Assembly: GCF_018350175.1 (NCBI RefSeq)
Contig: NC_058368.1
Span: 147,686,001 to 147,750,000 of the forward strand
DNA length: 64,000 nt
Direction of reading: 5' to 3'
Origin: Felis catus
Lineage: Eukaryota
The position numbers were made by a program, and so were the translations under genes. Under the pieces are notes generated by a model, which saw only the letters and a list, made by a program, of their open reading frames with translations, ran no database searches and was not told where the DNA came from. The stretch's first letter is position 1; each line of letters begins with the position of its first letter. Of this stretch, positions 27,457-40,545 are shown piece by piece.

Positions 27457-30400
27457 TATTAGGAAAGATACCTCAAATTAATCATCCAAATCATTCTACC
27501 TCAGGAAACTAGAAAAAAAGAGAAGAAGAAAGAATTAGAGTAGAAATCAGTGAAACTGAAAACAGTTAATCAATATAGAAAAGTCAACAAAACCTAAAAC
27601 TAATTCTTTGAAAGTATCAATAAAATCAATGAGCCTTTAGCCAAGCTAAGAAAAAAAAAATAAATGACACTAATTGCTAATATCAGAAATAAGAGACAGC
27701 ATATGACTATAGATCATGGATGCTAACAGGATAGAAAATAAATACCATGATCAACTCCAGCCCAAAAATCTGATACCTAGATGAATGGACCTATTCCTTT
27801 AAAGACAAAATTATTCATACAGGAAGAAGTAATCTGAATAGGCCTGTATCTACTAAAGAAATTGAATAAAAAATTAATAACTTTCCAAATTAGAAAGTAT
27901 CTGGCCCAGATGGATTTATTGGTGTATTCTCACATTAAAGTAAGAAATTTGACCCATGCTCTATAATCACTGTCATAAGACAGAAGTAGAGATAACACTT
28001 TCTAACTCATGCTATGAGGCCAGTATTACCCTAATACCAAAACCAGTTGAATGAGTGGCAAATACATACCAGTATCTCTCATGAGCATAGATGAAAAAGT
28101 CAATAAAATCTTAGCAAATTGAACACAAAATTTAAAAAAAAATTACACACCATGATCAAAAGTGACTTGTCCATGTATACAAAGCTGATTCAACATTAAA
28201 AAAAAAAAATCAATAAAAGTCCTATCAACAGGCTAAAGAAGAAATCACATAGTCATATTACAAGTACCATAAAAAGCATTTGACAAAATTCAATATCCAT
28301 TCATGATAAACACTGTCTGTAAATTAGAAATGAGGGCATGACTTTTCAACTTGATTAAGACTATCCACAAAAACCTACAACTAACATCATACTTGATAAA
28401 GGTGGAAGCTTTTCCACTAAGGTCAGGAACAGGCAAGAATGTCTCCTCTCATAATTGCTTCCCAACATAGCACTGACAGTACTGGAAATCCTCGTTAATA
28501 CAACAAGATTGCAGTGGGGGGAGATAGACAGCTTTGAAAAAATAAACTGTCTTTATTTACAGATGACATGACTATATTCAGAATCGGCATGTAAGTATTG
28601 ACAAAGTAAGACCCCCCCCAAAAAAAAAACCCCTCATGGAATAAGTGATTGTACCAAGATTGTGGGAAAGAGGTCAACGTGCAAAAGTGAATTTTCTTCC
28701 TAAATACCAGCAATGAGTAAGTGGGATTTGAAATTTGAGACCTAACTTACATTCACACCACCCATTATCTACAGATTAAATTCAATTCCAATCAAAATTC
28801 CAGAAAGTTATTTTATGCCTATCAACAAAATGTTTCTAAAGTTTGTATGGAGAGGCAAGACGGAGAAGAGCCACCACAATATTGAAGGAAAAGACCAGAG
28901 TAGGAGAAATGCACCTGAGTTCAAGGCTTACTATAATGTTATTATTCATCTGGAATTGTAGAACTGGTGAAAGAATAGACAAATGCATCAATATAAGAGA
29001 ATAGAGAGCCCAGTAATAGACCCACATAGTCAACTGTTATTTGGCAAAGAAGAAAAGGCAACACAATGGAACAAAGATAATCATTTTAACAAATGGGGCT
29101 GAAATAACTGGTCATCTACATGAACAAAAATGAATCTAGACACAGACACTACACTCAAAACAAAAATTAACTCAAAAGAGATCACAGACCTAGATGTAAA
29201 AAAGTAAATCTATAAACCTTCTAGAAGCAATCTAGGGGGAAACCTAGTTGATCTTGTGTTGGTAATGTCTTTTTAGATATGACGCCAAAGCCATGAAAGC
29301 AAGAATGGATATGCTGAACTTTGTTAAAATTCAAGTTCTCTGCCAAAGACACTGTCAAAACCATGAATAGACAAGCCACAGACTGGGAGAATGTATTGTT
29401 AACAGACTTGTATGGTAAAAGGTTATTACCCAAAATTACAAATAGTTTAAAATTCAACAAACAACCTGATTAAAAAATGGGCCAAAGACTTTAAATGACT
29501 CCTCACCAAAAAGCAGATACACGGGGTGGCAAATAAGCATATGAAAAGATGTTCAATATCCTAGGTCATCAGGGACATGACAATTAAAACAAAGAGATAC
29601 TATGAGAAGCCTAGGATAATGGCTATAATTGGGCACACTGATAATACCAAATGCTAGTGACAATGTCGAGCAATAGTAATCCTCATTCATTGCTGGTGGA
29701 AATGAAAAATGATACAGCCACTTTGGAAGTCATTTTTGCAGTTTCTTATAAAACTAAACATACTGTTAACATACAGTCTGGTCAGTAACCATGCTCCTTC
29801 ATAATCATTCAAAGGAGTTAAATTTATATTCATACAAAAATCTGCACATGGACATGCTTCTAATGGTTTTATTCATCATGGCCCAAAATTAAAAGCAACA
29901 GAGATGTCCTTTAGTAGGTGAATGGATACCTAGACTGTGGTAGAAAAAATGGAATTTGACTCAGTGCTAAGGAAAAATGACCTATCAAGCCACGAAAGGA
30001 CATGCGGGAACCTTAAATGCCAATCCAAAAAGTCTCTTGAATATATTTTTTCAACTATATCATATCCTGAGAAAGGCACAACTATGACAACATTAAAAAA
30101 ATCAGTTTTGGGTTTGGAGAAAGAAATAGAGAAGCAAAGAAAATTTTAGAGTAATAAAACTATTCTCTACGATGCAATAATAGTGGATACATGTCATTAC
30201 GTATTTGTCCAAAGTAAGAATAAACACCACAAAAGAGTGAACCCTAGGAATAAATGTGGAGTTTGGGGATTATGACATGTCAGTACAGGTTCATTAATTG
30301 TTAACAAAAATATCACTCTGGTGGGTGATAATGATAATGGGGGAAGCTATGCACATGTGGGCCGGGGACTAAATGGGAAATCTTTGTACCTTCTGCTCAG

Positions 30401-30605
30401 TTTGTGGTGAACCTAAAAGTGTTCTAAAAAACAAAGTCTATTTAACCAAAAATCTAAGTACTAGGTACAACAACAACAAAAAGTATTGACTACATTTCTG
30501 AAGAAAAAGGAGTGGAATAGGTTTCAAACCACTCTCAACTCTTTAAAAAAAAAACAAAAAAACAAAATGAAAATCTGTAGTTTAATATCAGATAAAAGTA
30601 ATGTG

Positions 30606-30835
30606 GGGGTGCCTCACCTGGGTGGCTCAGTTGGTTAAGCGTCCAACTCTTGATTTTGGCGCAGGTCATGATCTCACAGCTCCTGAGTTCGAGCCCCACA
30701 TTGGGCTCTGCACTGACAGTGTGGAGCCTAGTTGGGATTCTCTGTCTGCCTCTCTATCGCTCACTCTCACTCTCTGCCCCTACCCTGCTCATATGTGCTC
30801 TCTCTTTCTCAAAATAAATAAATTTGAAAAAAGAA
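30606..30835 (+). mobile_element. Can-SINE
   Basis: Full body; TSD ataaa(a/g)gtaatgtg. Confidence 0.93.
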
Positions 30836-31907
30836 ATAAAGGTAATGTGAACACAGTAGTGCAGAGGGCCAAGTGATGAAAGTAGCCACTTACTAGGAAA
30901 CTTTTAATTTCTTAACTCTTATAACCATAATAAGAAGCGTCATGCTACTAAAATATAAACTGTCTTTGTCAAACCTCAAAAATGAAGTGAGCTGTGATCT
31001 TGGTTTATATGATCTCGCTATTATTATTAATCTTTGTTTTCTACTGGAGAATGATGCTGACATTTTAACATAGATATAGATTCGTGACTTAAAAAAAGTT
31101 TTAACTTTGTTCTACCACATTATAGTGTGAAAAGTTGGTTACAGTACTTTAGATTTTCTTTCAAATTTTATGTATTTACCACATTCTATTATATTCTTAT
31201 ATGTAAAAATAAGTATAGATTACAATTTACAGATACATTCTTTAACAAAAGCATTTCAATTCTTTTTAATATAAATCATACTTAACTATCAGTGTTCTGT
31301 TAAATATTTATCTTTACCTCCAATGCATCCAGCCCAACTCACATACAATTGGAGTTCAACTTGTGTTACTAACTCAATACGCCAATCCACATCACATGAG
31401 GTTTATACAGTGTTAGATTAACCACAGTTTGGAGAACAAGAGAGACAGTAATAGCCATGGAGACCTTAGAGAAATCATTCATATTGGCATCAGGATAGAT
31501 ACAGAAGTAACTACTGACCTCAAATCTCCAGAGCAGTCCAAATACTTGTCCTGACTGACCAAACATTTGCACATGCTTTTTCTTTTTTTAAACAGTTCTC
31601 AGAAATTATAATGGATTTGGAGAGAAGTCTGCACATGAATGTATTTGTTAGTTTAAAAGGAGAGTTCCACTTTTCTTCACTGGATTATTTGATATGTTGT
31701 TTGTTGTGGGAGGACTCTTGTGTCTTAAATTACAAAAACATCCTTGAAGTTGGGATTCAGAAACTTGAATTATAAATAAGCACACGCTTGGGATCACCAA
31801 GTTAACCTATGATCTGATTACTGCTGCTAGTATTGTTTATTGTACAAACACATCTAGAGTTTGGTTCTTCGCATAAATGAACTTTTTAAAGGGTTTGTTT
31901 ATGTAAT

Positions 31908-31952
31908 GGGGCACCTGGGTGGCTCAGGTGGTTAAGCATCTGCCTTCAGCCT
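31908..31952 (+). mobile_element. Can-SINE head fragment
   Basis: ggggcacctgggtggctcaggtggttaagcatctgccttcagc followed by an abrupt break. Confidence 0.85.
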
Positions 31953-31954
31953 TG

Positions 31955-32441
31955 AGGCTGAAGGAAGTATCAGAAACACACTGACTTTCTCTGAAGCAAT
32001 TTCCTTGTACACAGAGTCTGAGCAGGGACAGCACCAGGCATTTCCCTGTAAAGGCACCTGCCAATGAGGATTTGACTGGAAGAACCTAGGCAAGAAAGGG
32101 GAACTTGTCATGCAGTCTCTGAGGGCAGGCCTGGGCTTAGCTCTTTGTACAGGGTGTGCTTAGGCCACACACGATGCTTGCCTTACTGTAAAGCTATTTG
32201 CCACAGTCCTGGTAAATAGTGTGGTCCTTTTGCAGTCTGGTGTGCATGCCATATGATCAAGACAGCTTTTTCACCTTATTTGGTCTCCTACGAGCAAGTA
32301 GGAAAAATAGTGAATTTACCCTAAAATGTCCAATCTGTATTTATGTACCTTGTCAGTGTTTTGTTGCTGGTTTTCTAAAACAATCTGATCAATAAATCTT
32401 ATCCAAATCTAAACAAAACAAAAATAAAACCAAAAAAAAAA

Positions 32442-32501
<60 letters not shown>

Positions 32502-32504
32502 AAA
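31955..32504 (+). pseudogene. Probable 5'-truncated processed-mRNA retrocopy (3'UTR only) with poly(A)/(AAAG)n tail; parent unidentified
   Basis: Non-repeat 3'UTR-like sequence (tgtatttatgta), AATAAA at 32391-32396, A-rich tail from 32411 about 15 nt later, (AAAG)15 at 32441-32500. Confidence 0.65.
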
Positions 32505-32549
32505 GCCCGCCTTGAGATTCTCTGCCCCAACGCTGCTTGTTGCTGGATC

Positions 32550-32625
32550 CTACAAACCATGAGATGATGTCCTGAGCTGAAATTAATAATCAGACACTTA
32601 ACCAACTGAGCCACCCAGGCACCCC
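32550..32625 (-). mobile_element. Can-SINE head fragment
   Basis: ccatgagatgatgtcctgagctgaa...cttaaccaactgagccacccaggcacccc. Confidence 0.85.
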
Positions 32626-35600
32626 AAGGAACAAATTAACTTTAATATCTCGCATTAGTAACTGAACAAAGAAAGCTATATTATGTCCGTTAGTTTCATT
32701 ATTAGCTCTTAATTTTTAAATATGAACATATTTTTTATAATATAGCAGTAATACTTAAACTATTATAGAAAAACTCAATCTTCAAGTCAAAGTGGGGTCA
32801 GGAATTTTATATTACCTTGGAAATTTTCTCAGTTTTATAATAATACTTAGTCTTTAATTCCTTTGCTCAGGTACCTTCTGAAGTTTATACCCACAAGAGA
32901 GGTAGAGGTGCTTGACAAGCCCCACACTCCTAGACACAACCCAGTGATATGTGGTCAACTTGGTTGAAGTCTCATTGGTGAGTAGTTAGAACTCTGCCTT
33001 TCCAAATATACAGGAAAAAAACATTCTTCAGGAGAATAGAAAAAGTGAATTATTTAAATTATCAAGACTAATTAATGTCAAGTTTAATATTCTAAATATT
33101 TAAAATACAAATCATATGGCAAAAGTATAGTCACTCAAGTGGAGAAATGGAATGATACTGTATAAGCTTCTGACCAAAAAAAAAAAAAAATGTAATTCTA
33201 ACCATATAGAAGTATGGACACCCGTTAGGGAAATAAAAACAAGCTACAATGGCTGAGAATCCAGATAGAGGTGTTGCATTTTTCATTTTGAATAGAAAAC
33301 TCGTCCTAGTTTGATGACAAAGGAAAGTGAATAATGTAAATCCCAGAATAAGCCAGGTGTCTAGAAGCACCATAGGGAATATAACAGAAGGACACACACA
33401 ACTGAAAGAAACAGGTCTTCTTAAATTACTTCTGGTACCCACAGTACCAGAATCCAACAGACTGTGGTGTCCTCTTCATCATAACCAACACAGTGATTGA
33501 TTTGGGGCTGTTCCGGCACCTATATTTGGGGATCTAGACAAACAAATGGAATTATATCTTTTACATATTTTTCTTATAAATAGTGCTCTCCCAAGATTAT
33601 TTTTCATGCTAATGAAGATATATGTATATATAATATATATCTAACACATCATGTAGAAGTCTATGCTTTGTATTAATCTATACAATGTTGAGTTGGATAC
33701 CCTATTCCAGATCTTAAAAGATAGTACACGTGGTAAGTATGAGAATTATTGGTTTCCTAATTACAGTTTGCCAGACATAGATTGCTTTTCAATTCTAATA
33801 AATTATGGATTTTAAGATTAGACCCAGTATTAATTTGTCTGAGTCCCCAGTGCCTCAGTATAACGTAAAGTCTCAAATGAGAGTGTTGGATGCAAAGGCC
33901 TGTCTTTGGGACCGGGTAGAACAGGAAGGTTATGTTTTGGTGTCTATTCTGCTTACATGGAGACCAAAATTCCAAAACCTTCTCCTGAAGAGTAGCTAGC
34001 TGCTTTCAATTCTTCCAAGGTCAATACAGTATGGCCATGAAGGAAGTCACTGAGTGGAAAGCAGAACGATGGTCAGCATAGAGAAAGGCTGATATTTTAA
34101 CCAGTTGAGAGTTCTACTGTATAAACTTATCGGCCATGACTGAGATATTAAAGTGTCTAGAAAGACCAATTTGCCAGTAGTGACTGCAGAAAATTGGTGA
34201 CTAGAAAGAGAAGGCACATATATCTCTGAGCATGGCTCACTTCTGCAGGCAAAAACATGCAATTTAGGGCCCCTATCTGGCTCTTTCCAAGACTATGAAA
34301 ATCTCTCATGGGTAACATCAGTTTAACATTTTTTTCCTACATCAAACTATTCTGCATTTGAACATACATACATTTTCCAAGATTAAAAACATCCAATGAA
34401 AAGGGAGATTGTTGGAAAGATTATCAAGATTGCCTTGACCTATGGGGCACCTTCAGAGAATTTTTATGTCCAGACTTCCTATGATTTAAGATACCTTTCA
34501 CAGGTAAAGATCTTGCAAATGGGGTTTCTATTTCTCCACAGAACAGCCTCTGTAAATTTCCTGGCAACTCCAGCAAGTTAATCTCTGCTGTTGCTGTTTT
34601 GTGGTAGGCCTCTCAAGTACTAGATAGGTAATCTAGGATGATTCATTCTCCAGCTCTTACACATTCTGTTTGTGATGAATGTTCAAGAAATTCATTGATG
34701 TTCTGCCCCGATAATAAAGTTTTTGGACTGGTTTTGCAAATCTTTTACTTTAACCAAAGCAACACTGTAATACTTAAGTGCCAGACAGCATCACAGTCAA
34801 ATTACATTGTCTAGAGCTGGAAAGCAATTTTTGCCGGTAAGATATAGGCTGACATAAATGAGGTGAAAGACAAATGAAGATATGCATGTATTCTGTTTGA
34901 GGTATATATTAACAGTTTTGATGTAGTATTTTCTTTGCACAGCTTTAAAAATAGACTTTTTTATAATCTTAATCTAAGTTAAGGTTTGAAGGACCCAAGG
35001 CAGACAAAAACAAAACATTTGAGTAATTGAGTAATATTCAGACAAACCCAAGCAATGCATAAAGTAGAGAAATCCAGTCACATCTATGAAGAAGTGGAAT
35101 AAATCTTTAAGGCTTTCCTTATAAATATTCATTTACACAGACTACACCAAGTACTATGTATGTTCATGTGTCTGCATATCTATCAAATGCCAAAAGTCCA
35201 CTAGCTAATCTCCATAAAACTAAAACTAGCTAATCTCCACAGACTATAAACCATTAGGTAATTCCTCTCTCAAGTCTAAGTTTTGCTCATAATTTTTAGG
35301 CAGCCATTTCTATTAGCTCCTAATAGTGTATGTGTTTGTGGTGCTGGGAATGTAGGGAGTTTTATTTTTGTTGCCTATCTTGTTTTCAAGGTTTATTAAA
35401 CATGTATTAAGTGGCAGCTATGTGAGGACTAAAAAACCAAAGTAACAAAAACAGACACAGACCCTCCCATTAATGAGCTATAAATAAGAAGGGGGTCTAA
35501 AACAAGTAGCATCATTCCAATTGGGCAAAATAGAGAGTAGAGAACCATTCAAGAGACATAGTATCAAACTTCCTAAGAAAGTGAGATTTATTACACATAG

Positions 35601-36884
35601 GGAATTAGTTTACCAAAAGAGAGACTCTACAAGAGGGAGGACCATGCTTAATTTTGGGTTTAAAGCATTAGGAGAGTTTCCATTCCATCGTCATTTACAT
35701 GGAGTTTTATACTTTTCATGCTACTAAATCTTGGGATTTAAACAGTGAACCATAGGATCTGCTGCATATTGGGAACAAAACTTTCTCTTTTTTGCTGATA
35801 AACTTTGTACTGCTGTCAATATAGCATTTGATATGAAGTCTATATTTACTTTATTCACTAAAGGGACATTTTTTTTTTCTTTCATATGAAAGGTAATTGC
35901 TACAAAGCATTATATATTGCTTGCTAATGGAAAGCTGAGAGGAAGTGGTTTAATTTTGGAGTCTGAAAATTAACCTCCATGGATGGTCTTAAAGAGAGGT
36001 TTGTTTTTTAAACTATCCTTTCACAGTAGTTCATTACTGTGAAAACTATCCTTTCACAGTAGTTCAATACTGTAAAATTATTAGATAAAACTTCTTTTAA
36101 ATGATTATTTAAAGCATATAGAGATGGGCCAGTTTGAATGATAAACAAATTTCTTAATTCAGGGGGTAAAAGGGCCTAAAGAATGGGTATACAATTCAAC
36201 AAAGTTCATTTTAAGAAGCCATATGGGTAAATAAAAAAGCAAGAAAGTATTTTCAGATAAAAGGAATATTCCACTCCCCAATACATCTCACTTTTTAATT
36301 TACCTGCTAAGTTCTTATTTGGATCAATGGTTGACCCTCTCCATGAAGCTCTTAAGTATATGTTTGCACAGGTTTTCATAAATGAGTAAATTATATGTAT
36401 ATCTTCAATTTGGTGTCATCAATCTTACTTCATTATATTAACTAACATTCCTGATGCATTTTTGCTTATACTCCCATATTATCATCACACCTCAGACACA
36501 AAGAAGTTCCTTGATTTAACATAGTTTTATATGCATGTATAGCTTTTATACAAAGATTAAAAATATATATGAATACATATGTTATACATAGATGCATATG
36601 AAGAGTTTCATATAATAATTAGTTCATTTATTATCATAATTATGCTCAAACACGTTTTTGTTCTCAAGTACCTCCATTTAGAAAAATAATGGCTTTCTTA
36701 TGCAATAATCCATCACAACCCTATATGAAGTGATACAGTTTTCACAGCAAGATTAGATAGTGTTTTAATCTCAAAGGTTATAGTAATGCATCATACCAAC
36801 AGAAAAATAGATCAAATCTCCTTTGATCTAATTTTCATTCCAGCACACTCACATGGAATTTTCAAAAGCTTATGTCTCAATTTC

Positions 36885-37990
36885 CCACTTAAGGGTAGCT
36901 TATTTCCATAACCCCAGAAGGTTCTTTCCAGCTCTTTTTCAGTTAATCCTCACAACCTTTGCTCCATAAACCATTACTGTTTTCTTACAACATACATTAG
37001 TTCCACTTCTTCTAGAGCTTCATAAATATAAATCACATATTATATAATTTTTGTTTCTAGTTTTTGTCAACACAATGCTTTTAATATCCTTTATGCTGTT
37101 GTATCAGTTTATTCTTTTTTATTGCTAAGTAATAAATTATATAATAAAATTAGTTGATCATTCTCCTGTTACTAGATATTTGAGTTGTTTCCTACTTTTG
37201 AACATTCCTAATAAAGCTGTTATGAACTTCTTTGTGAATTTTCCCCATTTCTCAGGTAAGTAATAAGATTATAATTGGTGAGTCACAGGTATGTTTATAT
37301 TTATTAAAAAAAATTTCACAGAGCATTTTATAGTTTTAACTTCCATTTTCTTGACGACTAATAATTCTGAGAACTTTTCATGTGTTTATTGATCATTTGT
37401 AGGTTTTTGAAGTGTGTTTACATCTTTTGCCCTTTGTGGGGGTTTGTTGAGCTTTTTTATTAAGGATTTGTAAGAGTTCTTTATATATCCTGATATAATT
37501 ATTACAATGTCAGTTATATGTACCATGGTTGTTTTCTTCCATTTGTAGTTTGCATTTGCATTTTCCTCAATGGTGTTTTTTATGAACATAAAAAATTTAA
37601 AAGGTAATCATTTTTTTCTTTTAAGCATCCTGTAAGGTATCTTTCCTACCTTGAAGGTTGTAAAGTTATGCTATCTGTTTCTTTTAGAAACTTTAGAGCT
37701 GTATTCTTCACATTTGTATCTATGATTCATCTCAAAGTATATGGTGTGAGGTAGGGCTTAAGGTTCATTTATTTCTTTAGGAATATCCAGGTGTGAAAAT
37801 GAAATGTAATTTTCCTTAATCTTTGAATTACATTGGCACCTTTGATGAAAATCAACTGATTACATGTCAGTTTGTTTCTGCATCGCCTGTTTTGTTACCT
37901 TGGTCTTATTGTTCCTTCTTAAAGCAATTTCACACTCTGTTGAGTTTTGTAGTTTTATAATAGGTCTTAAAATTAGATACTCTATCTTCC
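36885..37990 (-). mobile_element. Old L1ME-type fragment
   Basis: Antisense L1 3'UTR/ORF2 motifs (ttttattgctaagtaa; gagttctttatatatcctgata; ggcacctttgatgaaaatcaactg). Confidence 0.75.
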
Positions 37991-39832
37991 TAATAATAAA
38001 GGAACATGCCCCCAGTTTATTAGTACCAAGTCCCCTGTCACTACATTGTAGACCTAATCTCTCCCAGATCATTTTTGGTGGTTAATTTTGGAAAGCTGAC
38101 TATATGAAATGATTTTAAAATTTAAGGATGATAAAATAGCTCCAATAAAATATGGATTGATCCATAGTTAAGCACGTTGATTACATTCATGTATGGGTGA
38201 ATTATAGGCAAATGTTGGAGTAATCATAATGGAATGGAACCAAGATGATTCTATTTCATCAGTTTTTCATAGCAAAAGTAACTGTTGTCAAATAAATAAA
38301 AAGGTTTCTTAGTCTTGTTTCTCAAATCTCCTATTCAAGGTGATTCCCTCATTCTGTGTTCTAAAATGGTTCTCTTCCCTGGTTCCTACTTTTACACACA
38401 TGCTCATGCACATACACACACCTCATCCCTCCAAAGCCTGGTATCTTTAGGTTTCCCTTTTTACAAGTCTATCTTTAACTTCCCACTCCAACATCTTTTT
38501 TCCTGTTCTTTCTACGCAAATACATTTAGATCACGCATGCCTACAAAGAAAACAAAAGTAAAAAAAAAAAAAAAACACTAATCTCTCTTAACATTAATAA
38601 ACATGTCCTTAATTTACTGCTTATCTCTTCCCTCTCCACAATGTCCCTTGTAGTATCAATTCATATTCATTCATACTGCCTACATATTCATCTGTCCTCA
38701 TCTTATTTTCAAACAAAGGGCCATGTTCTAGATAGGTTCTTCTTTGTGTAGCCTTTCCTCTAGGCTTCCTTTTATCTCATTCTATTTCTCCTCTGCTTCC
38801 CCCTTTCCATTACTCAATTTGTCATTAAACCAAATACTTTGGAAATAAACCAAACATATGAAACCATTCTCAGATGGTGAAGGATTACAAAACTATGCCT
38901 GAATTTAACGTAATAGGTAGAAACCATCAATATAGAACAAAGATCTTTTTATGAAAGTAACATTAAGTTGGAGATCAAAACAGTATAATAAACTGATCAA
39001 ATATCTAACTATACTGTGCATAGAGATTTAATATTTTCTTTAAAAAAACCCAATTTTAAAAATTAAAATTAACAATACAAATGTCCCAGTCATTATTAAT
39101 TTAAAAAGCTTTGACCTCTTGAAAATTGTGTATACATTTTAGCATTCCACATTTCTGCCTACTTAATCTACTGAACTCATTCATTCATTTAGTAAACATT
39201 TCATGATAGTGTAGCTCATTCATGAATTTTTCTATAATTGCAAAACAAAGATTAATGAAATATGGTCTTATATCCAAGAAGTTCATATCAGAAATCTAAG
39301 ATGTGAGGATTTTTTGTGGAGAGGGGATGATAAGTCTGGCAGGAACATACAAAAAAGACAAGTTCTAGGAAACAAGAAGTAGAACATTTACAAAAGTAAT
39401 TTCTAAATATTTATGATTGTAAGATTCAGCTAAATCAAGTGTTTAAGAAATGGCTGCTCAGGACCCTGACTTCAAGTCTGTGACAGTGGTTTGGGTAGGA
39501 GGCAAGTGGTCACACACTTCTGAGAAATATAGACTTAGGCACTATTTTGAATAGCTACGTGAGAGAGTGAACAAATTAAAACTGTGAATGTGGACATGCA
39601 AAAGGGGAATCCTGTCAAATGCTGGTTCTCAAACACGGTCTCAGAATTCACAGCTCATTTGATGGAATCGGTTAGATTTAGGTAATGAGGAAAACGGGGA
39701 TAGGAGTTGAGAATTCTTCCAAAATGTTTAAGTCTTTGTGTGCTCTCCACAGCCTCTCTTGTCTCATTTCTTCCTCTGCTCACTCACTCCATTCTGGCTA
39801 CACTGGCCCATTATTTCTCAAATATACTTCAT

Positions 39833-40545
39833 TGTGGAGAATAAGCTTAGGAATTCCCTGAGCCTTCGTTGATCGGTTAACAAGGCATAAAGAATTACAA
39901 AGCCATAGTATGATCACAGCCAAGTTTGGGTAAGCAAGATTAGGTAAATAATTATAGAGAGGCCTGGGCAAAGACCCTAATGCAAAGGTATATGAGGTAA
40001 GATTAGGCATTCAGGTATTTACCCCCCAATTTAGTACCATAGCAGAAAGCTGCTTTCACAGGAAGGAAGGACCAAATTAAGTAAACAGGTAAATAGGGCT
40101 GTAGGCCTCTGTGGGGTGATGTTGCCCAGAGTGGAGCTAATCAGCAAAACAAAGGTGCCTTTTCGACCCTGAGGTTGTATGCTCTGTCTTATGCCCTAGG
40201 CTAGCTAAGATAAACAGATATGGTGCCTTATGTGCCTCATGTCTGCCTTTAACAACCATCTTCCCACTGCCAGGATTTTGTTTTATATTGACCTAAACCC
40301 CTAACACCATTCATCTTCAAAACCCCCTTTCCCTCAGGCCCATGAGTTAATGATCACAGATTTATTGTCTCTTTGTTCACATCCACCACCATGTTTGTAA
40401 GCCTTCTGATCCTAATAAAAATTGAGCAAGGATGTTTATTTGGGGCTCTTGCCTTCTCTTGGACATTAGGCATCTTTCTCATTTTAATCCTGTGTCCTGC
40501 TTTCTTGCTGGACAAGAAAGAATTCTAGACCCAGAGTGTAAAAAA
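39833..40545 (+). mobile_element. ERV solo LTR (carnivore ERV1-like) inserted in an L2 remnant
   Basis: TG start, aataaa at about 40414, approximate TSD ttcat/tccat; L2-like sequence on both flanks. Confidence 0.7.

Larger units (their letters stand above)
23535..30450 (+). mobile_element. Near full-length degenerate L1MC1/2-type LINE with nested insertions
   Basis: 5' end, ORF1 remnant (about 24.2-25.1 kb), ORF2 endonuclease (aagacccaaatatatgttgtatacaagaaa) and RT remnants (ggcccagatggatt; gcatttgacaaaattcaa; acagatgacatg), and an L1MC-type 3'UTR (tggtgaacctaaaagtgttctaaaaaacaaagtctat). Confidence 0.88.

Noticed and set aside
26065..29460. ORFs within the long L1
   Set aside because: Fragmented L1 ORF2 with many stops and frameshifts; not an active element or a host gene.
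34380..34780. Exon-like stretch (plus: RLKTSNEKGDCWKDYQDCLDLWGTF...; minus: donor GTAAGA at 34660)
   Set aside because: No consistent acceptor, donor and open-frame combination, and no recognisable protein.
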